From an uncultured Trueperaceae bacterium (GTDB lineage: Bacteria > Deinococcota > Deinococci > Deinococcales > Trueperaceae): DNA of 64,000 nucleotides. A program made the translations under genes and the position numbers. Below are positions 1 through 10,766 of this stretch, piece by piece. Within the stretch, counting starts at the first letter, position 1. Every line of letters starts with the position of its first letter. Below the pieces are notes generated by a model that searched no databases, was not told where the DNA came from, and was given only the letters and a program-made list of their open reading frames with translations. The stretch is taken from positions 320,001 through 384,000 of the forward strand of contig CAWCXJ010000007.1 of the NCBI GenBank assembly GCA_963799485.1, read 5' to 3'.

Positions 1-164
1 TCAAGAACGATGCGGCTCGGCTGTAGATGCCTCAGCAGCTTGACCAACTCGCCGATACCGTCTGGCGTGTTGGCGTGTGAAAGGCGTTCACCGCTTGGTA
101 TGATCGCGATATCGAGACGGTACTTGGCGACGTCTACGCCAGCCACCAACACTTCGTTAAGCAT
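1..164 (-). CDS. IS110-family transposase/recombinase, N-terminal part (runs off the window edge)
   Basis: Manual translation MLNEVLVAGVDVAKYRLDIAIIPSG...LQPSRIVLE shows the GxDVAK and IVLE motifs of the RuvC-like DEDD domain; RBS GGAGGT upstream of the ATG at 164. Confidence 0.9.
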   Translation of the reverse strand, partial: MLNEVLVAGVDVAKYRLDIAIIPSGERLSHANTPDGIGELVKLLRHLQPSRIVL

Positions 165-184
165 GTCACCTCCGTGAGACGCTC

Positions 185-335
185 CAGCGTAGCCCAACCT
201 TGCAGATGCGAGCTTATTGCTCGGGTAACTGTTCGGGCTTAGGCTGAAGACAACAGCACGACGAGACTAGCTTTTTTACGGTCTTTAGAACCTAAGGGGC
301 GACGCTCTGCCGTGCCGTGTCCCATCCTCAACATA
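185..335 (-). ncRNA. Putative IS110 bridge RNA (target-binding and donor-binding loops)
   Basis: Two stem/internal-loop/hairpin modules; guide GTCGCCCCT (295-303) matches flank GTAGCCCCT (338-346) at 8/9; ends approximate. Confidence 0.75.
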
Positions 336-339
336 CAAG

Positions 340-523
340 GGGCTACCCCTGAACTCATCAGCTTGAGTATTCAAGAAGTTCGCCGCCTACTCGCTCGGCT
401 TATCTGGCACCACTCCCTTGATCCACCCCGAGTCCTTGTCTGGTCTTGCCGGCGTCGGCGTCGTCAAGCCAGAGCTAAAGCCGCTCACTTCAAACGAAGA
501 GGGTACTATCTGCGGCTGTAGTA
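340..523 (+). pseudogene. IS701-family transposase C-terminal remnant and element end
   Basis: LISLSIQEVRRLLARLIW...WSCRRRRRQARAKAAHFKRR and the terminal CTGCGGCTGTAGTA resemble IS701-type 3' ends; interrupted at the IS110 boundary. Confidence 0.7.
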
Positions 524-551
524 AAAAACTTGTAACACCGGAAAGACGAAG

Positions 552-587
552 AAAAAGGCGGACAGCTATTTAGCGTGTTCGCCTTTT
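552..587 (-). terminator. Intrinsic terminator downstream of tRNA-Leu
   Basis: AAAAGGCGGACA...TGTTCGCCTTTT stem followed by a U-tract on the minus strand. Confidence 0.7.
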
Positions 588-590
588 CGG

Positions 591-677
591 TGGTGCCGAG
601 AATGGGACTTGAACCCACACCCTCTTGCGAGGACTAGCTCCTGAAGCTAGCGCGTCTACCGATTCCGCCATCTCGGC
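591..677 (-). tRNA. tRNA-Leu(CAG)
   Basis: GCCGAGA acceptor stem, anticodon arm CTAGC-TTCAGGA-GCTAG, long variable arm, GTTCAAG T-loop, encoded CCA. Confidence 0.97.
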
Positions 678-692
678 GAGTTCAGGAAGTGC

Positions 693-721
693 AGTCTAAC
701 AAGAATATAAAGGGTTGACAA
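693..721 (-). promoter_or_regulatory. Sigma70-type promoter of tRNA-Leu
   Basis: Minus strand TTGTCA-17 bp-TAGACT. Confidence 0.65.
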
Positions 722-812
722 GACACCTATGCTCGTCCCAAAATTGGGAGCGCTCGACGAACTGACGGGTGAGCGGGTAAAGTTGACAAGACACCTATGC
801 TCGTCCCAAAAT
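714..812. repeat. Two identical 31-bp direct repeats with a 37-bp spacer
   Basis: GTTGACAAGACACCTATGCTCGTCCCAAAAT at 714-744 and 782-812. Confidence 0.95.
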
Positions 813-854
813 GTCCGACCTCAGCAGCGGCGAGGCAAATGATAGACTGTGAAG

Positions 855-1484
855 ATGACGCAGCGACAGCTCGACCGGGCGCTTTTGGCGGGTATCGGGG
901 TGATCCTCCTCGTTATCCTGGGGTTGGCACTAAGTCCTGCGCCGACCACGGCGCGAGGTGACATCAGCGACCCTGCCGTGCGTACCCCGCAGGTAGACGT
1001 GTTACCGGCCTCGCCTCCCGACGCAGCGGTGCTAGCTGACAGCAGAGAAGGGGAGTTGGAAAGTACGGATTCTGAACCGGCAGTTGTGGAGAACGATTCC
1101 GCCGCAGACACCGAAGAAGGTTCTCCGGTTGAAACCGCGCCGCCTCCTACAGATGAGCCGACCGCGCGAACTCCCTTTCAACCTGTTGCAGGCGTCCCGG
1201 TTGAGCGCGTTGGTTTTGCTTATGCGACCGGCAGCGAAGGCGCGTGCGGGGTACCGCTAACGGCCTGGAGCTATGTCGCGGTCAGCCGTGACCTCTTGGA
1301 GGCTTACCCGTGCGGCACCGCCGTTACGCTGAGCTTTGAAGATGAAATCGCCGGGCGCAGCTCGGTTACGGCGCAGGTCGGGGACACGATGGGAGCCGAT
1401 ATTACCGATACGGTCAATGTATTTGTCGGTGAAGATGAACCCGCGCTCGAGTACGGCGTCACTAGCGGCACGCTCGCACAGTAA
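855..1484 (+). CDS. Membrane-anchored protein with C-terminal 3D/double-psi-beta-barrel (lytic-transglycosylase-like) domain
   Basis: N-terminal TM helix, acidic/Pro-rich linker, VAVSRDL...PCGT...VGDTMG...VNVF pattern; probable leaderless ATG at 855 (GTG 849 alternative). Confidence 0.65.
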   Translation: MTQRQLDRALLAGIGVILLVILGLALSPAPTTARGDISDPAVRTPQVDVLPASPPDAAVLADSREGELESTDSEPAVVENDSAADTEEGSPVETAPPPTDEPTARTPFQPVAGVPVERVGFAYATGSEGACGVPLTAWSYVAVSRDLLEAYPCGTAVTLSFEDEIAGRSSVTAQVGDTMGADITDTVNVFVGEDEPALEYGVTSGTLAQ

Positions 1485-1820
1485 GTGGCTCAGGTGCGCC
1501 GTTTTACCGCTCAGGGAACGAATACGGGCTTTGTCTGCGCGCACTGTAAACGCACGGTGCCGCCCCTGCAAAACGGTTCGTACCGCAACCACTGCCCGTC
1601 TTGCTTCCATTCGCTCCACCTCGACATTTTCCCCGGCGACCGTGCCAGCGACTGCCACGGGCTTTTAGAACCCGTCGGCGCTGAACACAGCGGGAAAAAG
1701 GGCTGGATTATCGTCCACCGCTGCGCGCGTTGCGGCGAACTGCGGCGCAACAAAGCCGCCCTAGACGACGCTGTACCCGACGATTTCGAGGGGCTCGTCG
1801 CCCTGACCCGACCTCGTTAG
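1485..1820 (+). CDS. RNHCP domain protein (Zn-binding)
   Basis: CAHC...YRNHCPSCFHSLHLD...PGDRASDC...HRCARCG. Confidence 0.9.
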   Translation: MAQVRRFTAQGTNTGFVCAHCKRTVPPLQNGSYRNHCPSCFHSLHLDIFPGDRASDCHGLLEPVGAEHSGKKGWIIVHRCARCGELRRNKAALDDAVPDDFEGLVALTRPR

Positions 1821-1847
1821 TTTGCCTCGCAAAAAGGAGAGATACCA

Positions 1848-2627
1848 ATGTCCAGCAGCTACCGAATGCTAAAGGTCACACAAACCGGCGCACTTCTAAC
1901 TATTGCTCTCAACCGGCCTCAGGTGCTTAACGCTCTGACTTTAGAGTTACTGGGGGAACTCCAGTCAGCGTTAGGCGAAGCCGCCGCCGACGCAGTGCGG
2001 GCTGTTCTTTTAACCGGCGAAGGACGCGGCTTTTGCTCGGGTGCCGACCTCGGCGCGACGACCCTGGGTAAAGACACCACAAAAATTGTCGAAACTTACT
2101 ACAACCCGGTAGTGCTCGCACTCGCTGCGCTCCGTAAACCTGTGATTGCTGCCGTAAACGGCGTTGCAGCCGGGGCCGGAATGAGTCTGGCGCTCGCCTG
2201 CGACCTCAGGTTGCTATCCGAAGCGGCGGTTTTTACCCTCGGTTTTAGCCGCATCGGGCTCGTGATGGACGCCGCGATGAGTTATACATTGCCGCGCCTT
2301 GTCGGGCCGGCGCGGGCGCTCGAGCTCGCCTATACAGGGCGAAAGATAGGCGCTGAGGAGGCGCTCAAACTCGGTTTGGGTGAGCTGGTACTGCCCGCTG
2401 AGGATTTTGCGGAGAAGGCGGCAGAATTTGCGGCAGCGCTCGCCGAAGGCCCGACGCAGAGCTACGCCCGGATTAAAGCGCAGGTTGCGGCGTCTTTAGG
2501 GAATTCGTTAGAAGCGCAGTTAGGGCTCGAGGCCCGCCTGCAAGGTGAAGCCAGCCAGACGAAAGATTTTGCCGAAGGTGTCAGGGCTTTTGCTGAAAAA
2601 CGGACGCCGGTATTTCGTGGGCGATAA
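1848..2627 (+). CDS. Enoyl-CoA hydratase/isomerase (PaaG-like)
   Basis: LNRPQVLNAL, FCSGADL, AAVNGVAAGAGMSLALACD crotonase motifs; RBS AGGAG. Confidence 0.9.
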   Translation: MSSSYRMLKVTQTGALLTIALNRPQVLNALTLELLGELQSALGEAAADAVRAVLLTGEGRGFCSGADLGATTLGKDTTKIVETYYNPVVLALAALRKPVIAAVNGVAAGAGMSLALACDLRLLSEAAVFTLGFSRIGLVMDAAMSYTLPRLVGPARALELAYTGRKIGAEEALKLGLGELVLPAEDFAEKAAEFAAALAEGPTQSYARIKAQVAASLGNSLEAQLGLEARLQGEASQTKDFAEGVRAFAEKRTPVFRGR

Positions 2628-4194
2628 AAGCGTGCAAGATATTCTTTTTTACGGCGGCCCGATTTTAACGCAAGATGATGTGAATCCCCTTGCCGAAGCT
2701 GTTTTGATACGCGGTGAACGGATTGCGTTTGTCGGTTCTTTGGCGGACGCTGAAAGTTTGGCGAGCCCCAAAGTAGAACGTTTCGACCTCGCGGGGCGCG
2801 CGCTGCTGCCGGGATTTCACGACGCGCATGTTCATCTGACGCAGCATGGGTTCGACCTCTCGCGGCTCAACCTCACCCAAACGCAAACGTTAGGCGAAGC
2901 GCTTACGTTGGTGGCGGCGCGCGCACAAGAACAGGAACCGGGAACGTGGCTTCAAGGCTCGGGGCTTTCGATGAGCCGCTGGAACGTTTCAAGCCTCGAT
3001 AAACGCGACCTCGACCGGGTGTCGTCGCAGCACCCGGTTACGCTCCGCTCACAAGACGGGCACAGCGTTTGGGTCAATTCACAGGCACTAGAGCAGATGG
3101 GTATCACCCGCACTACCCCCAACCCCGAGCACGGCGTCATCGAAAGGGACAACCAGGGGGAGCCGACCGGACGACTGCTCGAGCTTGCGACCAAACTGCT
3201 AGAGGCCGCCATCCCGCAACCTTCGGAAGCAGACCTTCAAAAAGCACTGAAGCAGGCCGGGGAGCATCTCGCAAGTCTCGGCATCACGACCGTTCACCAC
3301 ATGGCTTACGAACCGGCGCGGAACTGGCGGCAGTTGGCGCTCTCAGCCAGCCGGGACGATTTCCCGCTGCGGGTGTGGGCGTGTATAGACCAGGAACATA
3401 TCGAAGCGGCGGACGCGCTCGGGGTGGCGACGGGGCAAGGGGGACGTTTTACGGTTGGCGGGGCGAAGTTTTTTGCGGACGGGGCGCTCGGGAGTCTGAC
3501 AGCGTGGATGCTCTCACCCTACACCGGCACGGATACGGTAGGTGTTACGGTTCACGGGCCGGAAGTTTTACGGCAGCGGTACCCAAAAGCGCTGGACGCA
3601 GGTTTGACGCTCGTTACGCACGCCATCGGCGACGCAGCGAACCGGGCGGTGCTCGACGCTCTCGAGGCAACTAGAGACCAGTGGCAAGCTAAAGGGTTGA
3701 GGCCGAGGCTCGAGCACGCCCAACACCTTCACCCGGACGACGTGGCCCGCGCTGCCCGACTCGGTGTGGTGGTGTCTATGCAACCGATTCACCTTACCTT
3801 CGACGTTAAGCGCATCGGTGAGCTTTTGGCTGACCGGCAGGGCGGCGCGTACCGAACGAAATCGCTGCTGGACGCCGGGACGGTGCTTGCTTTCGGTTCC
3901 GACACGCCGGTCGCGTCCCCCGACGTCATCGCGGGCATACGCGCCGCGTGCCTGCGCGAAGCGGTAGACGGGTCGGTGCTTAATCCGGCAGAAGCTTTGA
4001 GTATAGACGAGGCGCTCGCCGCCTACACGAAGGGTGCAGCCTACGCCATCAGCCGTGAACACCGTTCGGGAAGGCTTAAAGCAGGTTTCGACGCCGACTT
4101 CGTGCTCTTGTCGCACGACCCGCATACGTCTTTAGCGGGGCTTTCGGTCGAGGGGACGATGCTGGCGGGAGGATGGACGTATGCGCCAACCTGA
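2617..4194 (+). CDS. Amidohydrolase (YtcJ-like, amidohydrolase_3)
   Basis: PGFHDAHVH, KFFADGALG, THAIGD, RLEHAQ, FGSD; start GTG 2617 or 2632. Confidence 0.9.
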   Translation: MGDKSVQDILFYGGPILTQDDVNPLAEAVLIRGERIAFVGSLADAESLASPKVERFDLAGRALLPGFHDAHVHLTQHGFDLSRLNLTQTQTLGEALTLVAARAQEQEPGTWLQGSGLSMSRWNVSSLDKRDLDRVSSQHPVTLRSQDGHSVWVNSQALEQMGITRTTPNPEHGVIERDNQGEPTGRLLELATKLLEAAIPQPSEADLQKALKQAGEHLASLGITTVHHMAYEPARNWRQLALSASRDDFPLRVWACIDQEHIEAADALGVATGQGGRFTVGGAKFFADGALGSLTAWMLSPYTGTDTVGVTVHGPEVLRQRYPKALDAGLTLVTHAIGDAANRAVLDALEATRDQWQAKGLRPRLEHAQHLHPDDVARAARLGVVVSMQPIHLTFDVKRIGELLADRQGGAYRTKSLLDAGTVLAFGSDTPVASPDVIAGIRAACLREAVDGSVLNPAEALSIDEALAAYTKGAAYAISREHRSGRLKAGFDADFVLLSHDPHTSLAGLSVEGTMLAGGWTYAPT

Positions 4195-4211
4195 GGACGC
4201 TATACTGAGCT

Positions 4212-5483
4212 ATGCAGAATGTAACGCTGGACCGTACCAACCCAACGTTTGATTTGGCTGCCCTTCTGGGCCGCGCCCGCACTGCGAGTCGCCCACTGGC
4301 CCGCGCCGACCGTAACGGGGCGCTCTTGGCGGTAGCGGCGGGGTTGCTCGCGCATCAACCCGCCATCTTGACCGCGAACGCCGAAGACGTTACTGCTGAA
4401 CGTGCCAAAGGCACCTCGGACGCCCTGTTAGACCGCCTCAGTCTGAATGAAAAGCGACTTCAGGAAATCGCCGAAGCGGTGCGTCAGGTTGCCGCGCTGC
4501 CCGACCCGCTGCACCGGACGTTGGAGCAGTGGACGCTTGAAAACGGGCTCGAGGTTCGCAAAGTCAGCGTTCCCTTCGGCGTGATTGGGATGATCTACGA
4601 GTCGCGCCCGAACGTCACCGTAGACGCGGCGGTATTGGCCTTAAAAGCCGGGAGTGCGGCGGTATTGCGCGGCTCGGCGAACGCGCTGCGGAGCAACCGG
4701 GTGCTGGTCGCGGTGATGCGTGAGGCGCTCTCGCGTGCAGGCTTGCCCGAAGACGCCGCGCAACTTATCGACTCGCCCGACCGGGCGCTCGTCACGGAGT
4801 TGTTGTCCGCTCGCGGGCAGGTTGACCTGGTCATCCCGCGGGGCGGCGCGTCTTTAATCAATCACGTCGTCGAAACGGCGCAAGTCCCGGTGATTGAAAC
4901 CGGCACCGGCAACTGCCACATCTTCGTAGACGACTCGGCTGATTTGGAAAAAGCGAAAGAGATCGTTTTGAACGCAAAAGTGCAGCGCCCCGGCGTGTGT
5001 AATTCCGTGGAGACCCTCCTCGTTCACCGCGACGTAGCCGAAACCTTTTTGCCGGAGATGTTGGGGGCGCTGAGCGGGGCCGGAGTGCGGCTCCGAGGCT
5101 GTGAGCGTACACGGGCACTTTATCCCCAGGCAGACGCCGCGACCGAGGCCGATTGGGAGACGGAGTATCTAGACCTCGAGCTAGCCGTCCGCGTCGTGGG
5201 TTCAGTAGACGAGGTCATCGCCCATATCAATCTTTACGGTACGCAGCACAGCGAAGCCATTCTTACGGCGTCACCGGAAAATGCCCAGCAGTTTCAGGAC
5301 GAAATAGACGCCGCGGCGGTCTATGTCAACGCTTCAACGCGTTTTACCGACGGCTTCGTGTTCGGTTTCGGGGCGGAAATCGGGATTAGCACGCAAAAAT
5401 TGCACGCACGCGGGCCGCTGGGTTTAGCCGAGATTACGACCTATAAATATCTGCTTAACGGGCAGGGTCAGGTACGCGGCTAA
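4212..5483 (+). CDS. proA: Gamma-glutamyl phosphate reductase
   Basis: IYESRPNVT, CNSVETLL, NASTRFTDG, EIGISTQKLHARGP. Confidence 0.97.
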   Translation: MQNVTLDRTNPTFDLAALLGRARTASRPLARADRNGALLAVAAGLLAHQPAILTANAEDVTAERAKGTSDALLDRLSLNEKRLQEIAEAVRQVAALPDPLHRTLEQWTLENGLEVRKVSVPFGVIGMIYESRPNVTVDAAVLALKAGSAAVLRGSANALRSNRVLVAVMREALSRAGLPEDAAQLIDSPDRALVTELLSARGQVDLVIPRGGASLINHVVETAQVPVIETGTGNCHIFVDDSADLEKAKEIVLNAKVQRPGVCNSVETLLVHRDVAETFLPEMLGALSGAGVRLRGCERTRALYPQADAATEADWETEYLDLELAVRVVGSVDEVIAHINLYGTQHSEAILTASPENAQQFQDEIDAAAVYVNASTRFTDGFVFGFGAEIGISTQKLHARGPLGLAEITTYKYLLNGQGQVRG

Positions 5484-5580
5484 ACGTCTGAAAATAGCAT
5501 TGTAAATAAAGAGTATTATCGTCTCAGACGTGTCTCCCGGCGTCTCCGCAAGCCGCTTTGGAATGGTACACTACAGTTGA

Positions 5581-7566
<1,986 letters not shown>

Positions 7567-7585
7567 GATTTTCTTTAGAACCGTA

Positions 7586-7619
7586 AAAGAGCGGAGTCGC
7601 CAGCTCCGCTCTTTATTTT
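7586..7619. terminator. Bidirectional terminator between gyrB and pullulanase
   Basis: AAAGAGCGGAG-loop-CTCCGCTCTTT. Confidence 0.8.
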
Positions 7620-7633
7620 GGCCGATAAGAACT

Positions 7634-10600
7634 TTACCGTCCCAGAAAAACCGCCGTCGTCCGTCCCGGTACAACGAAGGTTCCGTCCGTTCTAGCCCGT
7701 GAAAACTTGACGAGCGGGTCGCCCCCTTCCTGCTGCACCGGATGCAGCTTCATTCCACCTGCTAACTCTGGAATGTTTAGAGTCTGCACGTCGGGCGTAC
7801 CGTTGAAAACGACGGTGATGCTCGCTAACTTAGGCTCGAGGTCGTCGGCGTCCTCGAGCCTCATCACAATCACGCCGGGGATTTGTTCCGGGCCGGTGTT
7901 GTAAAAGCTCAGAGCGCTTTGCACGGCTTCGGCGGTTTGCAAGCGGAACAGGGGAGAGCTGTTACGAATTTGAAGCATCTCTTGAAGATGTTCAGCGTTT
8001 TGGCGAATGTCCGTTTCACTCGGTGCAGGGAGGGTTCCAAGCAAGCGGCTCATCAGGGGCCAGTTGTCGCCGTTTTCTCCCTCGAGTGGTAGCCCTAAAC
8101 CCCAGTTGTTCGCCTTGTACGAAAAGTCCAGCCGGTTAAACCAGTCGCCGGAGTTGTAAGAGTTGCGGTCGAGCGATTTTGAACGCAGCAGGTCGCTGCC
8201 CGCGTGAAAAAACGGGACGCCTTGGGACAGGGCGACCAGAGACAACCCCAGATTTTGCATCCGTACTCGTTCGCTTATCGGGGTCTCGAGCGGCGCTTTA
8301 AGCGCAACCGCGTCGAAAAGCGTTTCGTTGTCGTGCGCTGAGACGTAAACGATGTTCTCTTGCGGGTCTTGGGTGTAACCCGCCGGACTCTCGCCGTAAA
8401 GGATGTCGGCCCCGCGCACCGTTTCGCCGTCGGCGTTTTGAAAGGTGTAATCGGCAAGGTTGCCTGCTAGTCCGATACGAATCTGGTCGCTGGCGAGCAG
8501 GAGTCTGGCTTTTTGCTCTGCCGGTGTTCCCTGCGCCGAGTCGTTCGGGTCGGTAAAGAGTCCGGTGATAAAACCCTGTTCTTGGGGCCCGGAAAAAGGT
8601 GTGCCCCCCCGCGCGGCGTCGCGCAACCTATCGTTAAACGTACCGATACCGAGCCCCGCAACGTTTTGCTGCGTCGCGTTGACGCCCCGCGCATTTCCGG
8701 CGACCTCGCCGAAATCCCAACCTTCGCCGTAAAGGTAGATGCTGGAACCGTCCACGCCGTCTTTTTCAAGGGTGAGGCCGCTGAGCGCCTCTTTGACCGC
8801 CACCATATTCGAGACCATATGATGCCCCATCAAATCGAACCTGAAGCCGTCTATCTTATAAGCTTTGGCCCACGTAACGAGTGAGTCCACCATCAGCTTT
8901 TCCATCATGGCGTGTTCTGTAGCGGTGTTTTGGCAGCAGGTCGAGGTTTCGACTGCGCCGTCCGGATTCAGGCGATGATAGTAACCGGGGACGATGCGGT
9001 CTAAGACCGACAACTCGGCTTGTCCGCTCGAGCTCGTGTGGTTGTACACCACGTCCATCACCACCCGCAAGCCGGTTTCGTTCAGGCTTTGCACCATCTG
9101 GCGAAACTCCAGGGTGCGCGCCGCTCCCTCCGGATTTACGGCGTAAGAACCCTCTGGAACAGTGTAGTGCAGCGGGTCGTAACCCCAGTTAAAGGCGTCT
9201 TGGTCTTGCACGGCGGTGACGGCGGCTTGTTGTTCGGGGCTGGCCGGCGCGTAACGCGTCAGGTCGCCCGCAGGCGTCTCCCACGTGCTTTTATCTTCGT
9301 CGATAGTGGCGATGTCGAATACGGGCAAAAGGTGCAGGTGGGTCAACCCGGCGTCGGCTAGTGCGCGCAGGTGCGTCATACCGTCCGACTTCGGCACGCT
9401 GAACGCGCCGTAAGTGCCGCGCAAGGATGCTGGAACAGTTTCGTCGGTGGCGCTAAAATCGCGCACGTGCAACTCGTATACACTGATATCTTCGGGCGCT
9501 GCCAGGGGTGGTTTGTCCAGAGTATTCCAGCCTTCAGGTTGCAAGGCGGGGTCGTCTAGGTCGACGATTTGCGAACGGGTGCTGTTTGTCGATAACGCGT
9601 AGGCGTAGGGGTCGGTGACAAGGTTGGTTTCAAGCTGCTGCGTGGTGGGCGCGTAAACCGTGACTTCAAAAAGGTAGTACTTGCCGTTCCAGTCGGGGTC
9701 GCCGGTAATATTCCAGATGCCGGTGGTGTCGCTGCGGGTCAGCTCGAGTACTTTCCCCGCGTCACTTTCGGCGTCGGGAAAAAGGTGTAGCCGGACGTTT
9801 TGCGCGGTGGGTGCCCAAACGCGAACAGTCGGCGTGTCACCCTCCCAAACGACGCCTAGAGGTTCGTCATAAGCAGCTTCGGCGTAGAGGTCGTCCAAAA
9901 TGCCGGGAATCTGTACGCCGGTTGCGTCTAAAGGTCTGCCTATAGGAAAATCTCCGGACTCAGCGATGGCGAAGACCGCAAGCTGACCGCGCAAAGTCTC
10001 GGCGGGATTATCGTCGTTCAGACGGTAAGCAGAGTAATCCGCGAGATAGGGAAACTTAGCTCGCAGTTCGTCGCTAAGTCCTGCTTTGAGAAGCTCGAGT
10101 TCAACAAATTTTTGGATGCCGACCTCTGTTGGCTCAACACCGGTTTCAGTCAGCTCGAGCCCCCCGCTTGCCGCAGAGGTGAGCACAACGCGGGCATCTT
10201 CCGGCAATTCAGCGTCCCAAACGAGGGTTGTCCGGTCGAGCCAGTGGGCCCGCGCCATACTCAAGTCACCGGGTAGTCGGGCCTGGTTCGGGTCGGGCAA
10301 AGAAGTATAGACCATCTTGTCTCCTGAAACGACCCACGCTTCAAGGTCTTGGGTCAAGTCGAGTGTCATATCCGGCCCGGGGTCTTTTTCGTCGCCCTTA
10401 TGAATGATAAACCCGAGTTGCTCGGCGTCGTTTGTTAGACTCACGTCCCAGTAGACGCCGAAATCGTCCTCGCCGGTGGGCCTCAGCCCCGTCTCCCAAG
10501 TTACGCTTTCCGAAGTGTCTCCCCAAACATGCAGTGTCCAGCCGGAAAAATCTGTGTCAGGGCGGTTGTAGTGAACACGGGCTACGCCTTCAGAAACTGC

Positions 10601-10666
10601 GCTCTGTGCACCTGCTGCCGTCCATAAGGCTAACATTGCCGCTAAAACGAAACCGTACCGTTTCAT
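7634..10666 (-). CDS. pulA: Secreted pullulanase-type alpha-1,6-glucosidase (CBM41 + GH13)
   Basis: Signal peptide, CBM41-like N-domain, NWGYDP, DVVYNH, GFRFDLMG, YGEGW, SAHDN. Confidence 0.93.
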   Translation of the reverse strand: MKRYGFVLAAMLALWTAAGAQSAVSEGVARVHYNRPDTDFSGWTLHVWGDTSESVTWETGLRPTGEDDFGVYWDVSLTNDAEQLGFIIHKGDEKDPGPDMTLDLTQDLEAWVVSGDKMVYTSLPDPNQARLPGDLSMARAHWLDRTTLVWDAELPEDARVVLTSAASGGLELTETGVEPTEVGIQKFVELELLKAGLSDELRAKFPYLADYSAYRLNDDNPAETLRGQLAVFAIAESGDFPIGRPLDATGVQIPGILDDLYAEAAYDEPLGVVWEGDTPTVRVWAPTAQNVRLHLFPDAESDAGKVLELTRSDTTGIWNITGDPDWNGKYYLFEVTVYAPTTQQLETNLVTDPYAYALSTNSTRSQIVDLDDPALQPEGWNTLDKPPLAAPEDISVYELHVRDFSATDETVPASLRGTYGAFSVPKSDGMTHLRALADAGLTHLHLLPVFDIATIDEDKSTWETPAGDLTRYAPASPEQQAAVTAVQDQDAFNWGYDPLHYTVPEGSYAVNPEGAARTLEFRQMVQSLNETGLRVVMDVVYNHTSSSGQAELSVLDRIVPGYYHRLNPDGAVETSTCCQNTATEHAMMEKLMVDSLVTWAKAYKIDGFRFDLMGHHMVSNMVAVKEALSGLTLEKDGVDGSSIYLYGEGWDFGEVAGNARGVNATQQNVAGLGIGTFNDRLRDAARGGTPFSGPQEQGFITGLFTDPNDSAQGTPAEQKARLLLASDQIRIGLAGNLADYTFQNADGETVRGADILYGESPAGYTQDPQENIVYVSAHDNETLFDAVALKAPLETPISERVRMQNLGLSLVALSQGVPFFHAGSDLLRSKSLDRNSYNSGDWFNRLDFSYKANNWGLGLPLEGENGDNWPLMSRLLGTLPAPSETDIRQNAEHLQEMLQIRNSSPLFRLQTAEAVQSALSFYNTGPEQIPGVIVMRLEDADDLEPKLASITVVFNGTPDVQTLNIPELAGGMKLHPVQQEGGDPLVKFSRARTDGTFVVPGRTTAVFLGR

Positions 10667-10716
10667 AAATACTCCTTAAATCGGCTTTGAAGCTAGTCTA
10701 CGCCAGGTACACCAAG

Positions 10717-10741
10717 AAAAAAGGTGAGCCTAAGCTCACCT
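10717..10741 (-). terminator. Terminator of the act operon
   Basis: AGGTGAGC-CTAA-GCTCACCT stem with a U-tract on the minus strand. Confidence 0.75.
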
Positions 10742-10766
10742 CGAGGTCGCCTGCTGGGTTTGTAGC

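Larger units (their letters stand above)
1..339 (-). mobile_element. IS110-family insertion sequence, left end
   Basis: Recombinase 5' end plus about 175 bp of noncoding end; boundary reads CT|TGTAT on the minus strand (core at 338-339), as in IS621-type donor ends. Confidence 0.85.

Noticed and set aside
312..339. Start of the 69-aa ORF 312..521 as a real gene start
   Set aside because: The first codons lie inside the IS110 end, so the ORF is a chimera across the junction.
714..812. Calling this a true CRISPR array
   Set aside because: Only two repeats, no clear repeat hairpin, no leader and no cas genes in the window; kept as a repeat only.
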